A DNA stretch of 64,000 bases from an uncultured Gammaproteobacteria bacterium. Lineage in GTDB: Bacteria; Patescibacteriota; Patescibacteriia; Magasanikbacterales; GWA2-37-8. The stretch lies in NCBI GenBank assembly GCA_964634875.1, contig CAZWKA010000001.1, positions 37,600 through 101,599 of the forward strand, in the 5' to 3' direction. A program made the position numbers and the translations under genes. Within the stretch, counting starts at the first letter, position 1; every line of letters starts with the position of its first letter. Positions 1-8,447 of the stretch are shown one piece after another. The notes under the pieces were generated by a model. That model searched no databases. It was given only the letters and a program-made list of their open reading frames with translations, and was not told where the DNA came from.

Positions 1-94
1 GGGGGAAATGAGGTCAAAGGTGTTGTTTGCTTCTCCCCAATTCAGTTAGGAAAACCGGGGAGAAGCGGTGAATACGCGTATCAAGCAAAAGTGC

Positions 95-487
95 TTAGCG
101 GCAGAGCTCAACAATGTAAGGCGGGCTGAGCGACTGCATACAGCTGCAGTATGCCTGATAACCGTGCTCTTTACGAACCTGCTGGCAGGCGAGCATTTCG
201 CATCCATACTCGTTCTCAGGCAGGTTGTGGCTCCAGTTTGGCTCCAGGTTCATCGAAGCCTTGATCTCCTGGGCGTCGTCGCTCTCGCGGCACAGGTCTG
301 GTGCAGCCAGCCACTGCTGCATGAGCAAGCAACGGGCAGTGATGGTGTCTCGCTCGCCCTGAGCCTGGGTGAACACCTCGTAGGCGTTTCGCAATTTGCT
401 GCACTTACCCTTGCAATCCGGTGCACCAAGCAGCGCAAGAGCAGTCAAACCGATGCCTAAACGTTGACAGAAACCTACAGCTCGCAT
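95..487 (-). CDS. Small Cys-rich (about 11 Cys) secreted protein, GC-rich, 130 aa
   Basis: ORF with strong upstream SD on minus strand (AAGGAGGAtccccATG, revcomp of 488-505); N-terminal hydrophobic signal-like segment; the overlapping +strand ORF 68..460 lacks any RBS. Confidence 0.45.
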   Translation of the reverse strand: MRAVGFCQRLGIGLTALALLGAPDCKGKCSKLRNAYEVFTQAQGERDTITARCLLMQQWLAAPDLCRESDDAQEIKASMNLEPNWSHNLPENEYGCEMLACQQVRKEHGYQAYCSCMQSLSPPYIVELCR

Positions 488-554
488 GGGGATCCTCCTT
501 TAAGGCCAATGTAAGCATAAAAAGGGCAAAGAGTCAAGATTGTAAAGTTGTATT

Positions 555-583
555 TTGACAAAAACCATCATTTCCACTATAGT
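555..583 (+). promoter_or_regulatory. sigma70-like promoter TTGACA-17nt-TATAGT driving the ileS leader
   Basis: TTGACA at 555-560, 17-nt spacer, TATAGT at 578-583. Confidence 0.5.
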
Positions 584-589
584 AAAAGT

Positions 590-783
590 ACCCACAGAAC
601 TTCTCGCTATCACCGAGGAATCCGCCCAAGGCGGACTGTCGAGAAAAGAAATTGGCTAAATTTAGCCAAAAATAGACTTCTCCGGGTAAGCCCGTTATCG
701 CTATCAAATGAGTATAATGCCGAGATGGTACCGCCCACTAGAAGGGCTCTCGCACGCTAATTTAAGCGTGTTTTTATTTTTGT
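590..783 (+). promoter_or_regulatory. Candidate T-box riboswitch leader (Ile specifier AUC-A) ending in intrinsic terminator 753-775
   Basis: About 190-nt leader before ileS; stem I candidate with CUAUCA loop (ATC at 609-611); antiterminator-like GAGA-UGGUACC-GCCC-loop-GGGC-UCUC at 722-750 (UGGU complementary to tRNA ACCA end); terminator CACGCT-aattta-AGCGTG + TTTTTATTTT right before ATG. Confidence 0.5.
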
Positions 784-3756
784 ATGCTGTATAACGCCAA
801 CAACGAAGAACAAGCAATCCTCAAATTTTGGGCAGAAAACAAGATTTTTGAGAAATCCATTTCCGAAAAATCGGCTGACAAGCCCTATGTTTTTTATGAC
901 GGCCCGCCGTTTGCTACTGGCACGCCGCACTATGGCCACTTTGTTTCATCGCTCATGAAAGACGTTGTGCCGCGCTTTTGGGCTATGAAGGGGTATTGCG
1001 TGGAACGCCGCTGGGGTTGGGATTGTCATGGGCTCCCGATTGAAAATATCGTGGAAAAAGAACTCGGTACCAAGAGTAAAAAAGAAATTGAAGCCTTGGG
1101 CGTCGCTAAATTCAATGAACTTTGTCGGTCGAAAGTGCTTGGTTATGTTGATGAGTGGAAAAAAACTATTACTCGTCTGGGTCGCTGGGTCGACATGGAC
1201 AATGCCTATCGCACCATGGACAAAGAGTATATGGAATCGGTCTGGTGGGTATTTAAACAGCTCTGGGATAAGGGGCTTATCTACGAAGATTATCGTTCCA
1301 TGTACATTTGTCCGCGCTGTGAAACTACCTTATCGCAGCAGGAAGTGAGTGAAGGTTATAAGGATGTTAAAGATATTTCGCTCTACGTAAAATTTGAGCT
1401 CACGAGCTATTCGCCGGAGATTTTTCAGCATGTCCCGAACGAACTCGACCGCAAATTCATGAGTGAACAGAAGGTGTATCTGGTCGCCTGGACCACGACA
1501 CCGTGGACACTCCCGGGTAACGTACTCCTTGCGGTGAATCCAGAAACGCTGTACACAATTTGCACCATTGAAAACGAAGCCGGTGTTTATATCATAGGCA
1601 AAGATCGGATTGCCGAGGTGCTCGAAAGCAAAAAATACACGGTCATTACCGACATTCCAGGATCGCTCCTTGCGGGTAGCGCATACGTTCCACTATTTCC
1701 GTATTACCAAGCTACGCCGAACGCTTTCCGTGTCGTTACCGCTGATTTTGTTACAACCGAAGACGGCAGTGGTGTGGTGCATATCGCCCCGGCGTTTGGC
1801 GACGATGACTTTAAAGTCGGCAAACGCGAAGGCTTGCCACTCGTACAGCATGTTGGTATGGACGGTCGCTTCAAACCAGAAGTTACTGATTTTGCAGGCC
1901 AAGAAGTGAAGCCGCGCTCAGACGACGACAAAGTTCGCTTGGCTACCGACATTGCTATTACCAAGTATTTGCAGGGTAAAGGTTCTTTTTTGGCGAAGAA
2001 AAATATTGTCCATAGTTATCCGCACTGCTGGCGCTGCGACACACCGCTCATCAATTATGCAACTTCGTCTTGGTTTGTAAAAGTAACTGCAGTTAAGGAA
2101 AAAGCCCTGGAATTGGCTAAAGAAATTAACTGGTCGCCAGAGCATATTAAAGAAGGACGCTTTGGTAAGTGGCTCGAAGGAGCCCGCGATTGGTCGATCT
2201 CTCGTCAGCGGTTTTGGGCAAGTGTTATGCCGATTTGGATGTGTGAAAATAAAGGTTCGTGCAGCGAAACAGTCGTTTTTGGTTCGGTTGTTGATTTAGA
2301 AGAAGCGAGCGGTCAGAAAATTGATGACCTGCATAAACACATCGTTGACTTGATTACATTCCCGTGTGCTAAATGCAGCGGTGTTATGAAACGCGTGCCC
2401 GATGTTATCGATACCTGGTTTGATTCCGGCTCCATGCCGTATGCCCAGGCACATTATCCGTTTGATAATAAAGCTAAATTTGAGGGTGGTTTTCCGGCAC
2501 AGTTTATTGCCGAAGGCCAGGATCAGACCCGTGCTTGGTTTTATTATCTGCATGTTTTATCAACGGCGCTTTTTGGAACGGTCGCATACAAAAATGTTAT
2601 TGTGAACGGTATCGTGCTGGCTGAAGACGGTAAGAAGATGAGTAAAAAACTGCAGAATTATCCTGATCCGAACATGCTGATCGAAAAATATGGTGCTGAT
2701 GCACTTCGCTACTACATTTTGAATTCCCCGGTCATGCATGCCGAGAGTCTTAATTTTTCGGAAGATGGTGTTAAAGAAATGTATAACAAGCTGATCAACA
2801 CTTTGTGGAATGTTTTTGAGTTCTACCAACTCTTTGCCAAAGACCTGCCAAGTAACAAGCCGTTCAAGTCTGCTCATGTTCTTGATCGGTGGGTAATGGC
2901 TAAACTCCACGAGACTGTTCGTGAGGTTACCGAAAATATGGAGCAGTATAATCTGGCCGAAGCAGCGCGTCCGATTATGGATTTTGTTACGGAACTCTCG
3001 CAGTGGTACGTTCGCCGTTCGCGTGAACGCGTGAAAGGGGTTGATGAAACAGATAAGCATCATGCATTGTACACACTGCGCGAAGTCTTGATTGTGGTGT
3101 CGAAATTACTGGCTCCGTTTACGCCGTTTATTGCTGAAAAAATGTATCAAGAACTTCGTTATGATGAAATTGGCGGCAAAGGCTGGGCTAAAGAAAGTGT
3201 TCACCTGGAACACTGGCCTGCGCTTCACGACGAACATCATGACCAGAGCGTACTTCAGGAAATGATCGCGGCTCGCAAGATCGTGGAACTGGGGCTTGCG
3301 CTCCGCGCTGAAACCGGGCTCAAGGTTCGCCAGCCACTGAACACACTAGCCATTAACAATGAACATTTGAGTCGGGAACTCCACACGATGATCGCCGAAG
3401 AGTTGAATGTAAAAAATATCGATGTTTGTGAAGTTTCTGCTGGTGATACTTGGAAACTCCGTGAAGACGGCGAGGTGAAGGTTTGGCTCGATACTGTGGT
3501 CGATGAAACGCTCAAAAAAGAAGGCTTGGTACGTGACGTAATCCGCGCAATTAACCAATACCGCAAAGAAAAAGGTTTTACGATTGAGGATCGGGTCTGT
3601 GTCTATTATGCCACCTCAAACGAGGAGTTGAAAAAAGTTTTTGTGGACTTTGCCGAACAGATTAAGTCAGCTGTGCTGGCTGACAGGCTCGAAACCGGGG
3701 ATAGTGGTGACGTTTCGACCGTGCCGGATTTGTTCTTATCGCTTGAAAAAATATAG
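784..3756 (+). CDS. ileS: Isoleucyl-tRNA synthetase (type 2, eukaryote/archaeal-like)
   Basis: 990 aa; HIGH-region PPFATGTPHYGH, KMSKS motif GKKMSKKLQNYPDP, editing and anticodon-binding regions typical of IleS. Confidence 0.95.
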   Translation: MLYNANNEEQAILKFWAENKIFEKSISEKSADKPYVFYDGPPFATGTPHYGHFVSSLMKDVVPRFWAMKGYCVERRWGWDCHGLPIENIVEKELGTKSKKEIEALGVAKFNELCRSKVLGYVDEWKKTITRLGRWVDMDNAYRTMDKEYMESVWWVFKQLWDKGLIYEDYRSMYICPRCETTLSQQEVSEGYKDVKDISLYVKFELTSYSPEIFQHVPNELDRKFMSEQKVYLVAWTTTPWTLPGNVLLAVNPETLYTICTIENEAGVYIIGKDRIAEVLESKKYTVITDIPGSLLAGSAYVPLFPYYQATPNAFRVVTADFVTTEDGSGVVHIAPAFGDDDFKVGKREGLPLVQHVGMDGRFKPEVTDFAGQEVKPRSDDDKVRLATDIAITKYLQGKGSFLAKKNIVHSYPHCWRCDTPLINYATSSWFVKVTAVKEKALELAKEINWSPEHIKEGRFGKWLEGARDWSISRQRFWASVMPIWMCENKGSCSETVVFGSVVDLEEASGQKIDDLHKHIVDLITFPCAKCSGVMKRVPDVIDTWFDSGSMPYAQAHYPFDNKAKFEGGFPAQFIAEGQDQTRAWFYYLHVLSTALFGTVAYKNVIVNGIVLAEDGKKMSKKLQNYPDPNMLIEKYGADALRYYILNSPVMHAESLNFSEDGVKEMYNKLINTLWNVFEFYQLFAKDLPSNKPFKSAHVLDRWVMAKLHETVREVTENMEQYNLAEAARPIMDFVTELSQWYVRRSRERVKGVDETDKHHALYTLREVLIVVSKLLAPFTPFIAEKMYQELRYDEIGGKGWAKESVHLEHWPALHDEHHDQSVLQEMIAARKIVELGLALRAETGLKVRQPLNTLAINNEHLSRELHTMIAEELNVKNIDVCEVSAGDTWKLREDGEVKVWLDTVVDETLKKEGLVRDVIRAINQYRKEKGFTIEDRVCVYYATSNEELKKVFVDFAEQIKSAVLADRLETGDSGDVSTVPDLFLSLEKI

Positions 3757-3851
3757 AATACTAATGCCTGGGTGTTCCTTGCGCGCGCAGGGATACGTTG
3801 AAAAGTAGGTTCAATTTTTAGCTATACATAGCAAAAAATTGCTTACAATTC

Positions 3852-3880
3852 TTGACAAGAAGCTGTGAATATAGTTAAAT
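3852..3880 (+). promoter_or_regulatory. sigma70-like promoter TTGACA-17nt-TTAAAT
   Basis: TTGACA 3852-3857, 17-nt spacer, TTAAAT 3875-3880, about 25 nt upstream of small ORF ATG. Confidence 0.4.
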
Positions 3881-3905
3881 ACAAACTTAATTGCTATCGG
3901 TTCAT

Positions 3906-3995
3906 ATGGAGTCTAGTTCACTGGACGACCCTGACCCTATCACAGTACAGCTGATCAGTCGGGGTAAGGAAACAAAAGATTTGCTTAACCCATAA
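3906..3995 (+). CDS. Unannotated 29-codon ORF (MESSSLDDPDPITVQLISRGKETKDLLNP): candidate leader/precursor peptide
   Basis: ATG..TAA in frame, absent from the 60-aa-minimum ORF track; sits between a good promoter and a terminator-like hairpin directly upstream of the ATP-grasp gene; no SD, but backbone genes here generally lack one. Confidence 0.3.
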   Translation: MESSSLDDPDPITVQLISRGKETKDLLNP

Positions 3996-4032
3996 CCCAA
4001 ACAGAGTTACCTGTTTGGGTTATTTATTTTTG
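3994..4032 (+). terminator. Intrinsic-terminator-like hairpin (possible attenuator) overlapping small-ORF stop codon
   Basis: AACCCAAACAG-agttac-CTGTTTGGGTT 11-bp perfect stem followed by ATTTATTTTTG. Confidence 0.5.
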
Positions 4033-4041
4033 TTAATTATT

Positions 4042-5319
4042 ATGGAGCGAGCGCTCAATGGTTCAACAGTGCTTTTGGTGCATGCCGGTTCATTAAGCAA
4101 GCAATTCATCCTCGAACGGGCGAAAGCGCTCGGTGTCCGCATCATTTGCTTGAACAAAAAAAAGGAAGCTTTTGCCGAGCCTTTTGTTGATCACTGGATT
4201 TTTGCTGACCTCAAAGACGAAACAAGCTGTTTTAAAAAAATTACAGAGTTTATCGTAGCTCACGCGGATATTAAAATTGATGGAGTAATTACCTTTTGGG
4301 ATGAATCCGTTGTTCTCGCCGCACACATCTCGGAACAATTTTGCTGGATAGGTATTTTGTCAAAAACAGCTGACCGGATTAAGAATAAATATGCTTTTAG
4401 GGATGCCTGCCAAACCGAGGGTATTCCCGCCCCACACCACCTCCTGCTCAATACCGAAGCTGACTTGGCGAAGGCTGATGCGGAGCTTGAATACCCAGTG
4501 GTGGTAAAACCGGTATACGGCGCCAGCAGTGCGTTTGTGGTACGCGCCGACAACCTTTCGGAATTAACGACTGTCTATAATGATCAAATTAAAAATATCC
4601 ATACGTTTTGGTTAGCACCAGAATGGAACAGTCTTCAGGTGTTGGTTGAAGAGTATATTGACGGCCAAGAAGTTGATATTGATATCCTGGTTCAGAACGG
4701 GGAAGTTAAATATATTTCGATTATTGATAATAAAGAAACCAACGAACCATTTTTTGTTGAAACAGGCTGGTCGTCTCCTTCGAGATTGGGAGCGAAAGAA
4801 CAAAAAGAACTGGAAGCGATGGCAGTTTTTACCCTGAAGGCGCTCAAGGTAGAGAATGGTTGCGTTCACTTTGAAGCGAAATATGGCAGCAAAGGTGCTG
4901 TACCGATTGAGATTAATTTGCGCATGGGCGGTGGAGAAGTGTACCTCTATTCCAAGCTCGTCTGGGGTGTTGATCTGGTTGAAAATGCCCTGAAGATTGC
5001 GCTCGGCCTGCCAGTTGTTATTGATAAGCCCGATAAACCGATCTGTCATCTGCTCTCGTATCGTTTTCTTCCGGAAAAAACCTGCAAACTGACTAAGCTC
5101 CGCGTTGATGAGGCGGTGTACGGTCAGTCCTCGGTAGTAAGTTTGTATTTTGAAAAACAAGTTGGCGATATTTTTCTAGCGCCGCCGGAAGGGTATGACC
5201 GCTGTATTGGTGTCATTACGGTAAAAGGTGAGAGCCATGTTGCCGCAGAAGAAAATTTGGCCAAAGCCCTAAAGTATATTAAATACGCCGTCGAACCACT
5301 TAATCACATCACTATTTAA
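4042..5319 (+). CDS. ATP-grasp domain ligase (L-amino-acid-ligase / carboxylate-amine ligase-like)
   Basis: ATP-grasp motifs VEEYIDGQEVDIDIL and IEINLRMGGGEV; about 425 aa from ATG 4042 (track ORF 4015 start overlaps the upstream hairpin). Confidence 0.8.
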   Translation: MERALNGSTVLLVHAGSLSKQFILERAKALGVRIICLNKKKEAFAEPFVDHWIFADLKDETSCFKKITEFIVAHADIKIDGVITFWDESVVLAAHISEQFCWIGILSKTADRIKNKYAFRDACQTEGIPAPHHLLLNTEADLAKADAELEYPVVVKPVYGASSAFVVRADNLSELTTVYNDQIKNIHTFWLAPEWNSLQVLVEEYIDGQEVDIDILVQNGEVKYISIIDNKETNEPFFVETGWSSPSRLGAKEQKELEAMAVFTLKALKVENGCVHFEAKYGSKGAVPIEINLRMGGGEVYLYSKLVWGVDLVENALKIALGLPVVIDKPDKPICHLLSYRFLPEKTCKLTKLRVDEAVYGQSSVVSLYFEKQVGDIFLAPPEGYDRCIGVITVKGESHVAAEENLAKALKYIKYAVEPLNHITI

Positions 5320-5329
5320 TACATCACGT

Positions 5330-6709
5330 ATGCATAAAAAGCAGGAAAAAATTTTAGATGTACGCGGTTCTTTTACCAAAGACGGTATTCGTATTATTGT
5401 TCGTGGGAAACGTTTTGATATTGCCTTTCCGGCGGCTATTTGGCAGAAAACACCGGCCGAAATCAAGCAGGTTTTACTTGAAAATTTAACCTTCGGTAAT
5501 ACCCACTTTTTGCCGGTGACGCTAGGGTATGATCGTATTAAATATAATATTCCACTGCCCCTCCTCGAGAGCCTCTTGTTTAGGAATCAGGCGGTATCTA
5601 TCGTAAAAGCAGAAGTGTACGACAAAGTGAAACCGGCTACGTATTTAAAAGCGTTCTTCAATACACAGTATGACTTTGCTCCCGGAGCCGGCGCACTGCC
5701 CTTTGGTCCGAAACGCCGTCAGTTCAAGAACAAAAAGCCAATTGCAATTTTACCATTTACTTTTGGTAAAGAAAGCTTGTTAACCTTTGCGCTCTGCCGT
5801 GAGCTTGGTATTAAACCTGTGCTTGTGTATTCCCAGGAACCTTCTTCGCCCTATGAAGAAACTTATAAGAAAAAACAGTTAGCGCTGTTCTCTAAAGAAT
5901 TCAAAGTTGATACTCATTTCGTAAAATACGAACCAGGTTTATTCCGCTACGATGTTGCCTTCAAAGAAAAACCAGGTACTGAAGTGGGTTGGGGGCTCCA
6001 AACCACGCTCCTGTCATGGCAGATGCTCCCTTTTGTTTTTGCCTACGGCGCCGAATATATTCTGTTTGGCAGCGAACACGCCAATAATGAGTATGAGATG
6101 AATGAAGATGGTTGGCGTGTACAGCTCTCCTACGATCAGAGCAGCTTCTTTACTATGGAGCAAGATCTGGCGGTGCGTACAGTTACGGAAGATAATTGCC
6201 GTGTCCGCACGAGTTTAGAACCAATGGAAGAAACATCTATTCTCTTCATGCTCCATACGCGCTATCCTGAAATTGGCAAATACCAGTTTTCTTGTACTGG
6301 CGAAAAACCGCTTCTCGCGGGTTCGCAGTGGTGCCATAACTGCTACAAGTGCTGGCGCATGTTCCTGATTGCCTGTGCAGTTGGTGTTGATCCGTATTCA
6401 TTTGGATTCAAGAAAGATATTTTGAATCAGACGGGAATCTTTACCAACTACTTTGGTGAAGATATCAAAAGCGGATCAAATAACGAATTAGATTTCTGTT
6501 TTTATATTCTTCACAAGAAGAATTGGCAGTCACCATATGTCGAGCTCTTCCGTAAAACAAAATTAGCTGGCCTAAAACCGTGGTCAGAATTTGTAAAAGA
6601 ATTTACAACGGTTCAACCGGAGCTTAACCTTCCTGCTGCCTACCGCAATACAATGATGAGTATCTTCAAAGAAGAGTTAAAAAATTTAAAGAAAATACTG
6701 CCTCGTTAG
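5330..6709 (+). CDS. QueC-superfamily (PP-loop-like, adenine nucleotide alpha-hydrolase) protein with degenerate P-loop and intact C-terminal Zn-binding Cys cluster; N-terminal 130-aa extension
   Basis: AILPFTFGKESLLTFAL aligns to QueC VVVFSGGQDSTTCL (SGGxDS degenerated); SC-x12-CHNCYKCWR matches QueC zinc motif C-x8-C-x2-C-x2-C-x-LR; 10-bp gap after ATP-grasp gene implies co-transcription. Confidence 0.5.
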   Translation: MHKKQEKILDVRGSFTKDGIRIIVRGKRFDIAFPAAIWQKTPAEIKQVLLENLTFGNTHFLPVTLGYDRIKYNIPLPLLESLLFRNQAVSIVKAEVYDKVKPATYLKAFFNTQYDFAPGAGALPFGPKRRQFKNKKPIAILPFTFGKESLLTFALCRELGIKPVLVYSQEPSSPYEETYKKKQLALFSKEFKVDTHFVKYEPGLFRYDVAFKEKPGTEVGWGLQTTLLSWQMLPFVFAYGAEYILFGSEHANNEYEMNEDGWRVQLSYDQSSFFTMEQDLAVRTVTEDNCRVRTSLEPMEETSILFMLHTRYPEIGKYQFSCTGEKPLLAGSQWCHNCYKCWRMFLIACAVGVDPYSFGFKKDILNQTGIFTNYFGEDIKSGSNNELDFCFYILHKKNWQSPYVELFRKTKLAGLKPWSEFVKEFTTVQPELNLPAAYRNTMMSIFKEELKNLKKILPR

Positions 6710-6793
6710 TAGAGCTAAGGTTGCAGGGTTTTGAGTTGACAGTCCAAACTTTTTGCTCTACAGTAGGGCATATTTATTGTACTTGATAATCAT

Positions 6794-7759
6794 ATGATGA
6801 GTGTAAAAAATGTCTTTGATCTTGGTGTAAAAATTGCTGTGTCGGCTGATCCGCGCGGGAGCAAGGGTGTCACCAAGTACCTCGAAACAATTAAACGCGA
6901 GTACGCTGAGATGAAAGAAAGCGATAAGAAGTATTTTGACATTTCTCGCCTCACAAATCCGTACCCGGACAGCTGTATCCATGTGGATGATGGATGTAAA
7001 GAAGTGAAGCGGGTTCTTGCTGGTATCGATATTGACGCTGGCGAGATCCTGTTAGCCAGCCAGTTGAACGAGCGTGGTAAGAAAATTGATCTCACGATTT
7101 CGCATCATCCGGTGGGCAATGCGCTTGCTGGTCTTCACGAGGTTATGGAGATGTCCACATCAATTTTTGAGAGCTTCGGTTTGCCGATTCATGTGGCCGA
7201 AAAAGTAATGGGGGATCGTATTAGCGAGGTTGGACGAAGCGTGCACCCCATTAACCATCATCGTGGCGTTGATATCGCCCGTATCTTGGGGATTAATTTC
7301 ATGAGCACGCACACGATTACTGATAATCTGGTCAACAAATTTTTGGAAGACCTTTTCAAAAAAGAAAAACCTGAAACCCTTGGTGAAATTATAGACCTCC
7401 TTATGGAGGTGCCTGAGTTCCAGGAAGCCCGCCGCCGCGGCGCGGGGCCTCGAATTGTTGCTGGAAATCGTAAAAAGAAAGTTGGTCGTTACCTGGTAGA
7501 AATGACCGGGGGCACGGAGCCACAGAGCCAGGTCTACGAAGAGTTCTCACGGATCGGTGTGAGTACGATGATTAGCATGCACATGCGAGAGGATGCTCTT
7601 AAAAAAGCTAATGAGCAGCATATGAATGTCGTTATTAGCGGGCACATGTCGTCTGATTCTGTTGGTATGAACCTGTTCCTCGATGAGCTCGAAAAGAAAG
7701 GGGTAGAGATTATTCCGTGCGGCGGACTCATCCGTGTAAGCCGGAATAAGAAACGGTAA
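6794..7759 (+). CDS. Nif3/YqfO family (GTP cyclohydrolase 1 type 2 homolog) dinuclear-metal protein
   Basis: 321 aa, conserved ISHHP motif and His/Glu metal ligands pattern of DUF34/NIF3. Confidence 0.75.
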   Translation: MMSVKNVFDLGVKIAVSADPRGSKGVTKYLETIKREYAEMKESDKKYFDISRLTNPYPDSCIHVDDGCKEVKRVLAGIDIDAGEILLASQLNERGKKIDLTISHHPVGNALAGLHEVMEMSTSIFESFGLPIHVAEKVMGDRISEVGRSVHPINHHRGVDIARILGINFMSTHTITDNLVNKFLEDLFKKEKPETLGEIIDLLMEVPEFQEARRRGAGPRIVAGNRKKKVGRYLVEMTGGTEPQSQVYEEFSRIGVSTMISMHMREDALKKANEQHMNVVISGHMSSDSVGMNLFLDELEKKGVEIIPCGGLIRVSRNKKR

Positions 7760-7826
7760 ATTTTGTAATAAGTTTGTAGGTCAGTAAGTAGTTAACTATT
7801 TACTGACTACGTTACTAACGCGCTAC

Positions 7827-8423
7827 TTGCTAACTTACGTTATGATCTCGCTCCTCCAAGGAAAAATTATTGCCAACAACCAGGTTGAAGTTGTCCTCCT
7901 GACCTCTGGGGGAGTTGGCTATAAAATACTCATCAGCTTGCGCGCTGCTGAAAAATGCTCTGTCGGAAACGATGTGCTGCTCGAAACGTACTTGGTTGTA
8001 CGCGAAGATGCCTTGGAATTGTTTGGTTTTGAGAACGCCCGCGAGCGGGAATTGTTTAAGCATTTCTTGTCTGTAAGCGGTGTGGGGCCAAAGACGGCCC
8101 TGCACCTTTTGGCCTTGGGTTCGGTGGATGATATTACCCGAGCAGTTGGTCGCGGCGACGTAGCGTACCTCACCAAGGTTAGCGGGATTGGCAAAAAAAC
8201 AGCTGAACGTATCGTGGTTGACCTCAAGGCCAAACTGACCGGCGTGGAATCGTTTGACAATGCCGTGCTAGCGGATACCCCGGACAATGTTGGTGACGTT
8301 ATTGACGGGCTGATTGCTTTGGGCTACTCTGCGGGTGAGGCTCGGGAGGTAGCGAAAGGGCTCGATAGTAAGGGTAAAACAAGCGAACAGTTGTTGAAAG
8401 AAGCTTTACAGCGAATCAAATAA
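7827..8423 (+). CDS. ruvA: Holliday junction DNA helicase subunit RuvA
   Basis: OB-fold N-terminus, tandem HhH motifs (VSGVGPKTALHLL, VSGIGKKTAERIV), C-terminal domain; true start probably ATG at 7842. Confidence 0.9.
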   Translation: MLTYVMISLLQGKIIANNQVEVVLLTSGGVGYKILISLRAAEKCSVGNDVLLETYLVVREDALELFGFENARERELFKHFLSVSGVGPKTALHLLALGSVDDITRAVGRGDVAYLTKVSGIGKKTAERIVVDLKAKLTGVESFDNAVLADTPDNVGDVIDGLIALGYSAGEAREVAKGLDSKGKTSEQLLKEALQRIK

Positions 8424-8447
8424 GATTTATTTTTAATACTCAAACGT

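Noticed and set aside
68-460. +strand 130-aa ORF overlapping the 95-487 minus ORF
   Set aside because: No RBS or promoter. The minus-strand frame has a perfect AAGGAGGA SD and a signal-peptide-like N-terminus.
3757-3800. Near-palindrome CCTTGCGCGCGCAGG after ileS as a terminator
   Set aside because: No loop or T-tract. More likely a chance GC palindrome or protein-binding site; left unannotated.
4612-5160. 182-aa antisense ORF inside the ATP-grasp gene
   Set aside because: It lies fully within a well-supported sense gene and its translation is low complexity.
7775-7810. GTCAGTAA..TTACTGAC 8-bp inverted repeat upstream of ruvA as LexA/SOS box
   Set aside because: Does not match the CTGT-N8-ACAG or CGAACRNRYGTTYC consensus. 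Could be a weak terminator for the Nif3 gene; evidence insufficient.
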